A DNA stretch of 64,000 nt from Polyangiaceae bacterium (lineage in GTDB: Bacteria > Myxococcota_A > Polyangia > Polyangiales > Polyangiaceae), in NCBI GenBank assembly GCA_965222375.1, contig CBDCTZ010000016.1, forward strand, positions 3,411,963 through 3,475,962. The letters run 5' to 3'. Position 1 is the stretch's first letter. The number at the start of each line of letters is the position of its first letter. Below are positions 9,216-19,143 of the stretch, one piece after another. The position numbers and the translations under genes are program-made. The notes below the pieces were generated by a model. It worked only from the letters and a program-made list of their open reading frames with translations. It did not search any database and had not been told where the DNA came from.

Positions 9216-10255
9216 TCGCAGTGCTGTTTCGCTTCTTCAAGCGACGGATTCTCAAGAATCCGGCGGCGCCCTTGCGCGTCGCGGTACTGCTACTGGCCGT
9301 GCTCTCCTACGGCACGACGGGCTTTCTCTATTACGAGTTGGAGGTCAATCCGGACCTCGGCTGGCAAGATGCCATCTGGTACGCCGTCGTGACCATGACG
9401 ACCGTCGGCTACGGCGACTTCTACCCCCAGACCGTGGGCGGGCGGTTCGTAGTCGCGGTACCGCTGATGTTCTTCGGCATCGGCCTGCTTGGCTATGTGC
9501 TGTCAGTTGCGGCCAGCTTGTTGGTGCAGGCCAAGACCAAGGAGTTTCGTGGAATGAGCACGCACAAGTTGAACAAGCACCTCGTGGTCATCAACTACCC
9601 TGGGCTGGCTCGCATGGAGCGCTTGCTGGCGGAGCTGGAAGGAGACCCAGAATTTGGCCAGCGGGAAATCGTTTTGGTGGACGAAGACCTGGAAGAGTTG
9701 CCTCCAGAGTTGCTCAAGCTCGACGTTGCCTACGTGCGAGGCAATCCGACTCGAGATGAGACCTTGACTCGTGCGAGCCTAGACAAAGCGACCTATGCGG
9801 TCGTGTTCAGCAAGACGCCCGGGGATGCACATTCCGACGACCTCAACCTCGCAGTGACTTTGGCGATCGAAGCGCGTTCCAATGCCGTCTATACCGTCGT
9901 CGAGTGCGTGGACTACACGACCCAAGAGTTGCTCCGAAAAGCCGGCTGCGACCGGATCGTGTGCACTTCACGTTTCTCAGCCCACTTCCTAAGCCATGAG
10001 CTTCTCAATCCCGGGGTCCAGGAGGTCGTGGAGGAGCTCACCACTAACTTGCACGGCCAGCAGATCTACGTCACCGCCTACCGTGGCAAGCCCCGCCAGG
10101 CCTCGGACATCAGCAAGATCTGCATCGAAGCCGGGCATCTGCTGATTGGTCTCCGGCACGGACAGGACACCAGCTTGAATCCGGCCTCGGATCTGGCAGT
10201 CGAGGACGGTGACTCTGTGATCAGCATCGGAAAAGCGCGCCTGTCCCTGGGCTGA
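9212..10255 (+). CDS. potassium channel with TrkA-N/RCK domains
   Basis: Selectivity filter TMTTVGYGD between two TMs; RCK-like C-terminal region (GNPTRDETLTRASL, LLRKAGCDRIV). Confidence 0.93.
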   Translation: MIAVLFRFFKRRILKNPAAPLRVAVLLLAVLSYGTTGFLYYELEVNPDLGWQDAIWYAVVTMTTVGYGDFYPQTVGGRFVVAVPLMFFGIGLLGYVLSVAASLLVQAKTKEFRGMSTHKLNKHLVVINYPGLARMERLLAELEGDPEFGQREIVLVDEDLEELPPELLKLDVAYVRGNPTRDETLTRASLDKATYAVVFSKTPGDAHSDDLNLAVTLAIEARSNAVYTVVECVDYTTQELLRKAGCDRIVCTSRFSAHFLSHELLNPGVQEVVEELTTNLHGQQIYVTAYRGKPRQASDISKICIEAGHLLIGLRHGQDTSLNPASDLAVEDGDSVISIGKARLSLG

Positions 10256-10316
10256 GTCGCGGTCTTTTTTCGCTGCGTGAATTGCACTTTGTCGAGCTCC
10301 GCCTGATGCTCCTTTC

Positions 10317-12041
10317 GTGATTCGATTCTTCATTGCTCTGGTTGCCAACGCGTTTCGACTACTCCTGCTGCCCTTGATGTGGCTGCGGCGGGTTCGAGCG
10401 GTGCCGCAGGGCGGCTGGGTTTGGCTGCGGATCGACGGGCCGGTGGTGGAGCTAGGGAGAAAACCCCGCCGTTGGGACCGGCGCACGCGCGCATTGTCGC
10501 TGCACAGTCTGCGCCAAGATCTGAAGCTTGTCGCCGCGGATGTCCGCGTTCAGGGGCTCGTGGTGAGCATCGACTCTATGGATGCCGGAACAGCAACCGC
10601 GGAGTCCTTGCGTGAGGTGCTCGCCGGGTTCAAGGCCAGCGGCAAGTCGCTGTGCGTGTACCTCCCCCGTGGAGGCGCGGCAAAGACGTTCTTTGTGGCT
10701 AGCATCGCTGACCGCCTCTTCCTCGGTACCGAGGCGCTGGCCGAACCATCGGGCTATGCGGTGACCACGCCCTACGTCGCTGGATTTCTCGATCGCGCTG
10801 GTATCGATCGAGAGGTGATTGCCCGTGGCCGCTACAAGACCATGGCGGAACCGACGGTGCGGGAAAACATGAGCGAAGCCCAACGCGAACAAGTGGGCGC
10901 GTATCTGGACGCGGTTCACGACAACTTGGTGTCCGCCCTCTCCGAAGGCCGGGGCCTCGAGCCGCACCAGGTTTGTGAGATCATCGACGAAGGGCTGCTC
11001 ACGGCTGAAGAAGCCAAGCAGCGAGGCTTGTGCGATGCCGTGCTGCACCCGGATGAGGTGGCCACCACTCTGGATCCCGATCGTGCGGACGGCGCGGTGA
11101 TGGTGGAGCTCAAGTCCTACGTTGCTCGGCGGCGCATTCGATTCCGCCCGCTGCTGAGAAAGCCGACCCTCGCGGTCCTGCCCCTTCAGGGGCCGATCGT
11201 CGAGAAGTCTCCGTCACCCTTCTTCCCTGCGGCCGAAGAGCGGACGATCGTCGAGCGCTGCCGCGAGCTATGGGCGGACGATAGCGTGCCCGGTGTGCTG
11301 TTGGCGGTGAATACGGGAGGCGGGGGTGCCCTCGCGTCGGAGCGCATCCGACGTGCCCTCACCCGACTTGCCGACAGGAAGCCGGTCGTAGCCTATCTGG
11401 CGAATATCGCCGCGAGTGGCGGGTACTTGGCGGCCGTAGCGGCGCCAACCATCGTTGCACGGAAGACGACATTGACCGGGTCGATTGGAGTGATCGCTGC
11501 ACGTCTGACTCCCGCGCCCCTGCTTCGGCGTCTGAATGTCAGCGTAGAAGTCGAGAAACGAGGCGCCCGTGCGGACATCCACAGCGGTGCGCGTGTGCTC
11601 GACCCTGGTGAGCGAGAGCGCTTCGACAGCTATGTGGACGCTTCCTACGACTCTTTCCTGCGCGCGGTGGCCGATGGCCGCCGCATGGACGTCGAGGCGG
11701 TCCATGAAGTCGCGCAGGGCCGGGTGTGGAGTGGCAGTGATGCGCTCGCTCGGGGGCTAGTCGACAAGCTGGGTGGCTTTCAGACGGCGCTGGAGACCCT
11801 CCGAGCGGCCGTCGGACCCAAAGCGGTACGGTTCGAACCGAAAGTTGTGCCTCTCGAGGGTGCTGGTGGAGCGCTGGCCTCACTATTTACCCGCTACGCG
11901 ATGCCCTGGGTGCTGTCGCCTCTGGCACGGGGGTTGCTCGGTTCTGAATCGCACTGGTTACTGCCTGCCCTTGCAAAAGAGCGAGCACTCGCGGCCGCCA
12001 CGTGGGCGCCGGCGGACGCCCACGCGGCTTTTGACGCCTGA
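10317..12041 (+). CDS. sppA: signal peptide peptidase SppA (S49, long form)
   Basis: GRYKT (Lys), AASGGY (Ser), LTGSIGV, AQGRVWSGSDALARGLVDKLGG. Confidence 0.9.
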   Translation: MIRFFIALVANAFRLLLLPLMWLRRVRAVPQGGWVWLRIDGPVVELGRKPRRWDRRTRALSLHSLRQDLKLVAADVRVQGLVVSIDSMDAGTATAESLREVLAGFKASGKSLCVYLPRGGAAKTFFVASIADRLFLGTEALAEPSGYAVTTPYVAGFLDRAGIDREVIARGRYKTMAEPTVRENMSEAQREQVGAYLDAVHDNLVSALSEGRGLEPHQVCEIIDEGLLTAEEAKQRGLCDAVLHPDEVATTLDPDRADGAVMVELKSYVARRRIRFRPLLRKPTLAVLPLQGPIVEKSPSPFFPAAEERTIVERCRELWADDSVPGVLLAVNTGGGGALASERIRRALTRLADRKPVVAYLANIAASGGYLAAVAAPTIVARKTTLTGSIGVIAARLTPAPLLRRLNVSVEVEKRGARADIHSGARVLDPGERERFDSYVDASYDSFLRAVADGRRMDVEAVHEVAQGRVWSGSDALARGLVDKLGGFQTALETLRAAVGPKAVRFEPKVVPLEGAGGALASLFTRYAMPWVLSPLARGLLGSESHWLLPALAKERALAAATWAPADAHAAFDA

Positions 12042-12043
12042 GT

Positions 12044-13375
12044 TCACCGCACCAGCGCACACCCGGCCACGAAACCGTGATTCTTGAGCCAAGGATCCGT
12101 GGTCAGGGACGTGGATGATTCTGCGGAGACGTTGAAACGCTGCACATCGGCGCTGCTGCCGCCGTCTAGCATGGTGATCTGCACGCCCAGCAAGCTCTGG
12201 GCATCCTCGACGATCGCGCCGCCAGGCACGCCGCTTAGATCGCCTCCAAGGGATGAACTCGCAGTCGACCACGTCGTCCATAGCTCGGAGAAGGCCGCGT
12301 CGAATCGATTGATGACGACTTCGCTGCTGGACAGCAGCAATAGCCTGCTCAGAAAGTCTCCGCTGGTTGGGCTGAGTAGTGGCGATACGGCTAGGGACTG
12401 GAGCACCACTTCTTCGACGCCGTAGCCCTGGCGTACGGTTGCGCCATCAGCACCAGCGAAACAACCTGCACTGAGAATCAGCAGGCGGCCGGACGTTTCG
12501 TCGAGTGCCATGTCCACAGGATTGGCCATCGTCAATGCCAGGCCTTCCCCAGGAGCAGCGCCGTTCAGATCGGCGATTGTGCCGGTCTTGACGTCAAGAG
12601 CCATGAGTAGGGCCGTTTCGGTTGGACATGCAAGCTGGAAGCTCGGGGGCACAATGGTGGTGCGGTCGGTGCGAGCCAAGGTGAAGTAGAGCCGACCCGT
12701 GGCTTGATGAAAGACCGGGGTGTCCGCATCCACGGCGCCGTCCCCGTCACTGTTCGCAAGATAGCTGCTCAAGTCCAGAGTCGTGTCGACGCTACCCTTG
12801 GCGAGATCCAACCTAGCGAGGCGGTTGGAATCGTACGGGAACACCCACGCTTGGTCTGGCGCCACCACGGAGATGGCGATGGGATTGGTCGGGCTGGTTC
12901 CCGTTTCACCGAGCGCTGCCCGATCGACGCTAATCTTCTGATCCTGGTTGCCCGCGCTGTCCAGGCTGATGACGTCGCTGGTCGTCCGCGATAGCACGAA
13001 CCCTCGGCCTCCACTTGCCGCCGGAACCGCGTCGCCGTCCGCAAGGCTGACCCTCCCGGTGACGGTCAGCGTGTCCAGAGCCAGCGCAGTGACCTCCGTC
13101 TCGCTGAAGAAGTCCGTGCCTCCGACGAGAAGAGTGCCCTTACTCTTGGCGGCGTCTGTGCCCGCGTCACCCCCGCTTCCTGCCGACCCGGATGCCCCGG
13201 CCGATCCTGAGCTCCCACTGGCCCCGCTGCTGCCACTGCTGCCGGCGCCGCCATCGATGGAGCCCCCACTGCCGCCGGCGCCTCCACTTGCGGAGCCCAC
13301 GGGTTCATCTTCTCCGCAGCCTGCTGCGCACGCCAGAAGGGTGATTGCGGCTAGAGCCGCTGATGTCGTCTTCAT
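12044..13375 (-). CDS. riboswitch-controlled lipoprotein, probable beta-propeller, candidate cobalamin-binding protein
   Basis: Lipobox CAAGC, Gly/Ser linker, repeated beta-strand blades (TNPIAI, ANPVDM); lies directly 3' of the cobalamin riboswitch. Confidence 0.7.
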   Translation of the reverse strand: MKTTSAALAAITLLACAAGCGEDEPVGSASGGAGGSGGSIDGGAGSSGSSGASGSSGSAGASGSAGSGGDAGTDAAKSKGTLLVGGTDFFSETEVTALALDTLTVTGRVSLADGDAVPAASGGRGFVLSRTTSDVISLDSAGNQDQKISVDRAALGETGTSPTNPIAISVVAPDQAWVFPYDSNRLARLDLAKGSVDTTLDLSSYLANSDGDGAVDADTPVFHQATGRLYFTLARTDRTTIVPPSFQLACPTETALLMALDVKTGTIADLNGAAPGEGLALTMANPVDMALDETSGRLLILSAGCFAGADGATVRQGYGVEEVVLQSLAVSPLLSPTSGDFLSRLLLLSSSEVVINRFDAAFSELWTTWSTASSSLGGDLSGVPGGAIVEDAQSLLGVQITMLDGGSSADVQRFNVSAESSTSLTTDPWLKNHGFVAGCALVR

Positions 13376-13524
13376 GAAGGTCCTCGAGTCTGCGGACACG
13401 TCCCCGGTCCGCGAAAGGAGTCCCGATGGGCAATGGCGACGAGGTGCGGCAGTATTGCCGAAACCCGACGCCCCGGCACCCCGCGGAGCTCTGCTCAGGT
13501 GCGCGCTCCTTTCCTGGGAGCACG

Positions 13525-13705
13525 CCGCGCGAGGTAGGTTTCCTGGCTACCGGATCTGCCTCCAGCGAGCCCTTCCCAGGCACTCTGCCCAGTGGATTTG
13601 CTCGCCTTTGTCCCCGGTTACAGTGGCGGGGGCCGCGCCGGATTCTCACCGGCTTCCCATTTCCTCGACGCCATTCCGCAAGATTTCCCGCGGAACGAGG
13701 GTTGG
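13525..13705 (-). ncRNA. cobalamin (B12) riboswitch
   Basis: Minus strand reads AAATGGGAAGCCGGTGAGAATCCGGCGCGGCCCCCGCCACTGTAA...CCACTGGG..CCTGGGAAGG...GTAGCCAGGAAACCTACC (core at 13618-13658, B12 box at ~13530-13550); ends approximate. Confidence 0.92.
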
Positions 13706-13822
13706 CTAACATACTGATAAGCAGCGCGTCTAGGGGTTTGTCCGGCTCGTTGCCCGGATCGGCAACGCTCCGATTGCAGGCGAGCCCCAAATCGAGGACG
13801 CTTACGCGGCTTACGACTCCCG

Positions 13823-15517
13823 ATGGCTAACTCTCCGCGAAATGCTCCGCCGCTCACCCAAGGGATGGTGGTCAACGAGCGCTACGAGATCCGTCAAAGC
13901 CTGGGCAAGGGCGGGATGGGAGAAGTTTTCCTTGCGTACGATCGCAGCACTCAGCAACCAGTCGCCTTGAAGATCGTGCGCGAGGAATCGCGCATGCCCG
14001 GCGACGATGAAGCGTTGCGCCAAGAGTTGCTGCTCGCGCGTTCCGTCGGCCACCCGAACGTTTGTCGCGTACACGACCTAGCTCCAAGCACTTGGGGGCC
14101 CATCCTGGTGATGGAGCACATCGCCGGGCAGACCCTGCACACCCATATTCGGCGGCGGAAGGCGCAGGGCGGCTACACCGCCGATGAATTCCGAAAAATC
14201 GCCAGCGAAGCTGCCGCAGGCCTTGCCGCAATTCATGCGCAGGGCCTCGTGCACGGTGACCTCAAGCCCGGCAACGTGATGGTCACCAACGACCGCGCAA
14301 TCATTCTAGATTTTGGTTTCGCTCAGGAGCGCGCACGAATATCCGCTCGGCGCCCGGGGTCGCCACCAGATGGCGGCACTCCCAACTACATGGCGCCCGA
14401 GCGGCTCCGTTCCGGCGGTGCGAGCATGGAAGACGACATGTACGCGCTGGGGCTCACGTTGTGGGAGATGTGGACCTGCCGCGTGCCCGAGCCCGGCTAC
14501 CGCCCGCGGGCCAAGCCAATGCGCTCTCAGATCATGTTTGACGTGCCAGCCGGGCTCTCCGTTGACGAGGTGAAGCAAGTTTTTCGCTGCCTTGCAGAGG
14601 ATATTGCGATGCGTCCTCAAGCGCGGCATCTACGCTTTTTCAATCCTACCGCGCTGACGACGAGCCAAATATCCATTCCCCGGGAGCGGTTGTCCCCCGG
14701 TGCTCCAATGGGGCGGAGTTCCGCCGAGAGCTTCGTGCCCGGCGCTCAGGCGCTACTCGTCACCTACGCGAGCAACGCTCAGGAGGCGGCGGGTAGCCTG
14801 TATCCGTTGGAAAAGCCGGTGTTCGCCCTGGGGCGGCGCAGCAACCAGGACATCGAATTCCCCGAAGCTACGGTTTCGGGATCCCATGCTGTGCTCCGCT
14901 GGCAGTCCGGATCCTGGGTGCTGGAGGACACTGGCAGCACCAACGGTACCTACGCGGACCATAGCTACGAGCGCAAGAAGTCAGTTGCCATGCTGCACGG
15001 CGGAGAAGTTCAGCTCGGTGAGTGCCGTGTGAAGCTCGTGAGCTTCCACGATGGCTCCCCGCAGCATCAGCGCGCGAAGGCATACCTGGAACGTCGAGAT
15101 GGGCTGACCAGCCTGCTGCAGCGCGAGCACTTCCTTCGTTGGTTGAGGGACGACCTGGCCTTTGCCGAGTGGGATGGCGTGCCAGTGACTGTTGCCCGCT
15201 ACCACGTGCGCGGGCCCAACCGGCACGTGAGTGATCGACCCACGATTCTGGAGATGCTCGCACTTCGCCGCGCTGCGCAACGAGTGATCGAGTTGACGGA
15301 GATGCTGCTACTGAGCGTCGTGCCGGTGACGGCTGGCCGGGTCGGGCCCTTGAAGTTTGCCGTTGCCATGACTGGGCCGACGATAGACGAGGCACGCAAT
15401 GTGGTGGAACAAGTCGTTAGTCAGGTTCAAGGCCTCATGCCTGAGTCCCTGGATCTCGCGGCGACCCTCGTCAAAGCGGAACCGGGCCAGAGCGCCGAGT
15501 CGATGCTCGAGGCGTGA
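13823..15517 (+). CDS. cytoplasmic Ser/Thr kinase - FHA - degenerate GGDEF-like fusion
   Basis: GKGGMGEV, HGDLKPGN, DFG, GTPNYMAPE; FHA LGR..VSGSHA..DTGSTNGT; RDGLTSLLQREHF followed by GRVGPLKFAV at the GGDEF position. Confidence 0.85.
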   Translation: MANSPRNAPPLTQGMVVNERYEIRQSLGKGGMGEVFLAYDRSTQQPVALKIVREESRMPGDDEALRQELLLARSVGHPNVCRVHDLAPSTWGPILVMEHIAGQTLHTHIRRRKAQGGYTADEFRKIASEAAAGLAAIHAQGLVHGDLKPGNVMVTNDRAIILDFGFAQERARISARRPGSPPDGGTPNYMAPERLRSGGASMEDDMYALGLTLWEMWTCRVPEPGYRPRAKPMRSQIMFDVPAGLSVDEVKQVFRCLAEDIAMRPQARHLRFFNPTALTTSQISIPRERLSPGAPMGRSSAESFVPGAQALLVTYASNAQEAAGSLYPLEKPVFALGRRSNQDIEFPEATVSGSHAVLRWQSGSWVLEDTGSTNGTYADHSYERKKSVAMLHGGEVQLGECRVKLVSFHDGSPQHQRAKAYLERRDGLTSLLQREHFLRWLRDDLAFAEWDGVPVTVARYHVRGPNRHVSDRPTILEMLALRRAAQRVIELTEMLLLSVVPVTAGRVGPLKFAVAMTGPTIDEARNVVEQVVSQVQGLMPESLDLAATLVKAEPGQSAESMLEA

Positions 15518-15539
15518 CTTTCAACCGGCGTAGCCGATC

Positions 15540-16223
15540 ATGGCCGGATCCACACGTCCCAGTTTCCCTTCTCCGAGCGAACCGAGCCTGCGTCGCCTCG
15601 GCGTTGGCGGTGGCGGTGGGGGCGGCGACCGACCACTGCGTGCTCAGCTGGTGGTTGCGCTCATGGTGGGGCTGGTGCTTCTGGCGGTCCCCTTGTACCT
15701 GTGGCGTCGCCCTAGCGGCACAGAGAACGCACCCAAGGACAGCGGTGCGGATGCGGTGGCATCGGGTGCGTCTTCCGTGGCGCTGCCTCCGGGTGTGGCT
15801 CCGGGAGATGCGGCATTGCAGGACGCTCGCGTCAAACTGGGCGCCGTTCAGCGCGTGAAGTGTGCCGCCGCACCGAATACGAGGGGGCAGGACGGCGAGC
15901 TCTGCGATCGCTTGGAGGGGCTCGAGAAGGCCCTGGCTCGTGGAATACGGGACAACGTGGACTGCGCCCCGCGCACGGGCAAAGAGGGCAACATCAACTA
16001 CGTGCTCAGCGTGGACTTCCGCGCCAAGAAGCTACACGTGTTTCCCGGCAAAAGCGGACAGTGGCGCGGACCTCAAGCGCGCAAGGCCGCTGAATGCGTC
16101 AAGCGCTCCTTGCCCGCACCCCAGTGGGACAAGATCAAGCACCAATACCGTTACTACCTGATAGCGATCTTGGCGACGTACCCAGCACCGAGCAGTGTGG
16201 GAGGAGGTCCGCTCTTCGAATGA
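15540..16223 (+). CDS. membrane-anchored hypothetical protein with four periplasmic Cys
   Basis: Single TM (LVVALMVGLVLLAVPLYLW) followed by a globular region. Confidence 0.65.
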   Translation: MAGSTRPSFPSPSEPSLRRLGVGGGGGGGDRPLRAQLVVALMVGLVLLAVPLYLWRRPSGTENAPKDSGADAVASGASSVALPPGVAPGDAALQDARVKLGAVQRVKCAAAPNTRGQDGELCDRLEGLEKALARGIRDNVDCAPRTGKEGNINYVLSVDFRAKKLHVFPGKSGQWRGPQARKAAECVKRSLPAPQWDKIKHQYRYYLIAILATYPAPSSVGGGPLFE

Positions 16224-16820
16224 TCAGCGCTCGTCGGGCAGGTCTGGTAACTCGAGGCGCCCAGAGAAGCGCAGGTCGGATACAAGCCGCGCCAGGCACT
16301 TCATGCGCTCGGACTTGTCCATTTGCTCCCGCAGCGCGCCGAGCTGGCTTGCGAAGCTCGCAAAGTCAGCGTCCGAGAGGAGGCGTTGGAGTTCTTCGCG
16401 CAGGCGCTTGGCCAGAGCTGGGGCCTTTCCATCTGTCGAGATGGCGATGCTCACGGGACCGTGCTCCTGAATCGACACGTGGTGGAATGAGTTGTGGCCC
16501 GGCTGATCCACCGCACAAAATGCCCGCCCGAGCTTCCGAGTCTGGACTCCGAGGCGCTCCTGAAGCTCGGTGTCTCTATCCACGAGCACCGTTAGAAACG
16601 CGCTTTCGACCAATTCTTCCGTCACTGGGCTGCGCACCAATTGCACGCTTCCGCCTGCCTCCAAGGCCCGCATTTCCGCGTCTGGGTGGCTGCAGCAGAC
16701 CACGACCTCAGCGCCAGCCTGAGCGAGGTTGCGTGCCCGCATCGCCGCTTCTTGCCCACCGCCGACAACCAGCGCGCGGCGGCCGGCAAGTTGCAGCGCG
16801 ACCATGAAGCTCTTCCTCAT
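16224..16820 (-). CDS. precorrin-2 dehydrogenase/sirohydrochlorin ferrochelatase (CysG N-terminal / SirC-Met8 type)
   Basis: LAGRRALVVGGG NAD-binding motif, AVDQP, IAISTDGKAPALAKRLREEL. Confidence 0.85.
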   Translation of the reverse strand: MRKSFMVALQLAGRRALVVGGGQEAAMRARNLAQAGAEVVVCCSHPDAEMRALEAGGSVQLVRSPVTEELVESAFLTVLVDRDTELQERLGVQTRKLGRAFCAVDQPGHNSFHHVSIQEHGPVSIAISTDGKAPALAKRLREELQRLLSDADFASFASQLGALREQMDKSERMKCLARLVSDLRFSGRLELPDLPDER

Positions 16821-17515
16821 TTCTTCTTCCTAGGGGGTGGTGGCACTCGCGGGACCACGGGCTTGGTAGTGAACTTCAGCACCCGTTCCGCGTCGCCGAT
16901 GCGCTGCAAGAACAGCCCCGTGAAGGTGCTGAACAATGCGTCGCCTGGCGCCGCCGTTCCGGTGCCCGTCGGCCGGCTCACCCAGCGCTTTATCTTCTGC
17001 AAGACCTGCGGACTGACCGGGTTTACCAGCACCTTGGCATTCAGGTACACGACTGCACCCACGGGGACTTGCGCCCGGGTGCCGACGATCAAGCGTCGCG
17101 CCTGGGCACAGCGGCGCAACACGCCGTCCACGGTGATGGCCGCTGACGATCGCGTGCCACCTGGACGCGTGACTTCGACGAGATACACCTCATCCCAAAC
17201 GTGCCAGGTGATCTTACAGGTTTGAGCCGTCGTGCTCATCGGCTCGCTCCTGCCCCGACGGTAAAGGGTGCCAGTCAGTACAATGGTCGTTGGCAAACCA
17301 CGACTGAGCTTCTTGCGAATCTTCGCGTCGACGACGTCTCGAAAGGATACGCTGACGTAGAGGGACGACTTCGCGCTATCCCAACTGAAGCGAGCCGAGC
17401 GGGTTGGTGAGTCCTTTGCTTTCGCCTGGGCGAATACCGACCTCGGCAGCAAGAGCACGACCGCGAAGGCAAGCCAAGCCGCGCGGACCAGGCTCATCCG
17501 CGCCGTCGGCGTCAT
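16817..17515 (-). CDS. exported protein, DUF4390-like
   Basis: Signal peptide; LSRGLPTTI..ITWHVWDEVY..VNPVS pattern; 4-bp overlaps on both sides. Confidence 0.6.
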   Translation of the reverse strand: MTPTARMSLVRAAWLAFAVVLLLPRSVFAQAKAKDSPTRSARFSWDSAKSSLYVSVSFRDVVDAKIRKKLSRGLPTTIVLTGTLYRRGRSEPMSTTAQTCKITWHVWDEVYLVEVTRPGGTRSSAAITVDGVLRRCAQARRLIVGTRAQVPVGAVVYLNAKVLVNPVSPQVLQKIKRWVSRPTGTGTAAPGDALFSTFTGLFLQRIGDAERVLKFTTKPVVPRVPPPPRKKK

Positions 17516-19143
17516 GGTCCGCCCTTTCGACGCAGGGGCACGAAAGACAGGACATTGGAAAACGCGAAGGTGAAACCTCCCGCGCTCGTGTCCATGCGAA
17601 AGCCAAGGTTCGCGGTCAGGTCCACCGGCAACAGCTGCACCCGTGAGTAACCCCGGGCCGGATCCGAGAGATCTCTCTGATGTGCGACGCCGTACACTCC
17701 GGCGCTACCAAAGAAGTCGATGCCGTAGACGGATCGAGTGCCTCGGTAGAGGGGGATGCGATACTCGCCACCCACCTTGCCGGCGTAGTGCCCATAACGA
17801 ACCTCGACGATCGCCGTATCCAAGAAGTTGGGTGGCGGCCTGCGGTCGAAGTTGAGCCCCAGTACGCGCCCAGGCAGAAAGTCGCTGAAGTCGCCTACGT
17901 AGTACTGCTCGAAGAAGGGCGCGTCGCCGGCGATGGCACCGCCGAAGAGTTCCAAGCGCACCACGTGCTTCCAGGGCAACTGCCACCAGCGCGAAGCGTG
18001 CAAGTCGAACTTCTGGTAGCCATAGTCGCTGCCCAGGGGTGCCAGTGCGCTTTCGGCCGTGAGGGACGCGTACCAGCCCTGGCTGGGCAGGAACGGCGAG
18101 TCTCGGGTGTCATGCTGCAGGGTGGCCCGTGCCGTCGACAGCACACTGCGGCCGCCCTGGATGTCGAATACGATGGGCTCTCGAGCCAGACCTCGAACGT
18201 GAGACGCTGCCCGGGGCAACTTCGTGTCCAGAGACTCTAGGCGGTAGTGGAGCCAGAGTTGCGTCGCGACTGAGAGATCGCGACCGACACCGAGGTTGCC
18301 ACCAAAGCGTTTGTAGCGCACTACGGCGTGGTCTGGTACGTCCTGCAACTGGGACGGATCGTCGAACAAGACGTCCGCGTTGCCGAAGGAGTCCTTGGCA
18401 TCGTTGAACAGGAGTTGCCCGCCGACCATCCAGCGACTGCCGAGGAATGCGGGATCCAGAAAGCGAACACGGAGTGCCAGCTGGTCCTGCGCCAAGCCGA
18501 CAGCCGTGCCCAGAGTGATTCCGGTGCCCGCAACGTTGGTTTCTGCGAGGTCTACGCCCGCGTATGCGGTGAGAGGTCGAGAGTTTCCGCGAGTGTCTGC
18601 GTCCGCTGAAAGCCCCATCCAAAGGTCGCCGATCACGATCGTGTTCCGCTCGACCACCTCGATGAGCAAAACGACTTTGCCTCGGGTCGAGCCCTTCTTG
18701 AGGGAGAACTGGACGTCCCGGAAGAAACCAGTGCCCAACAAGCGGTAGCGGGTCAGTTCGACTTCGGGGTCGTCGACGCGAATGATGTCCCCGGCTTTGA
18801 AGGGCACGTAGCGAAGGACCACCCGAGAGCGTGTGCGCCTGTTGCCGCGCACCTGAATGCCTTCAAGCTCGTAACGCAGCGTCGATTCGCCGAACCGTGT
18901 CTTGCGTGTACTCGAAGGCCGCGCGACGGGTGGAGCGACATCCTCCGGGTTGGGTAGGGGCACCTCTACAGCTTCGGGCACGGCGGGCTCCGGACGGGTT
19001 CCGCCGCCCCAGGTATCTGGTGCGACGTCCTTGGGCGCTGTTTGGGGCTCGGGTGCCGGAGCGGGAGGGCCCGGCTCTGGTTGCGCGAACGCGCGGGGAG
19101 CAGCAAACAGCACCACGGCGGCTGCGCACGCAAGCGGCCGCAT
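17512..19143 (-). CDS. Omp85/BamA-TamA family outer membrane protein (single POTRA + barrel); start 19143 or further upstream
   Basis: POTRA IQVRGNRRTRSRVVLR..RLLGTGFFRDV..IEVVER; barrel HDTRDSPFLPSQGW. Confidence 0.85.
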   Translation of the reverse strand: MRPLACAAAVVLFAAPRAFAQPEPGPPAPAPEPQTAPKDVAPDTWGGGTRPEPAVPEAVEVPLPNPEDVAPPVARPSSTRKTRFGESTLRYELEGIQVRGNRRTRSRVVLRYVPFKAGDIIRVDDPEVELTRYRLLGTGFFRDVQFSLKKGSTRGKVVLLIEVVERNTIVIGDLWMGLSADADTRGNSRPLTAYAGVDLAETNVAGTGITLGTAVGLAQDQLALRVRFLDPAFLGSRWMVGGQLLFNDAKDSFGNADVLFDDPSQLQDVPDHAVVRYKRFGGNLGVGRDLSVATQLWLHYRLESLDTKLPRAASHVRGLAREPIVFDIQGGRSVLSTARATLQHDTRDSPFLPSQGWYASLTAESALAPLGSDYGYQKFDLHASRWWQLPWKHVVRLELFGGAIAGDAPFFEQYYVGDFSDFLPGRVLGLNFDRRPPPNFLDTAIVEVRYGHYAGKVGGEYRIPLYRGTRSVYGIDFFGSAGVYGVAHQRDLSDPARGYSRVQLLPVDLTANLGFRMDTSAGGFTFAFSNVLSFVPLRRKGGP

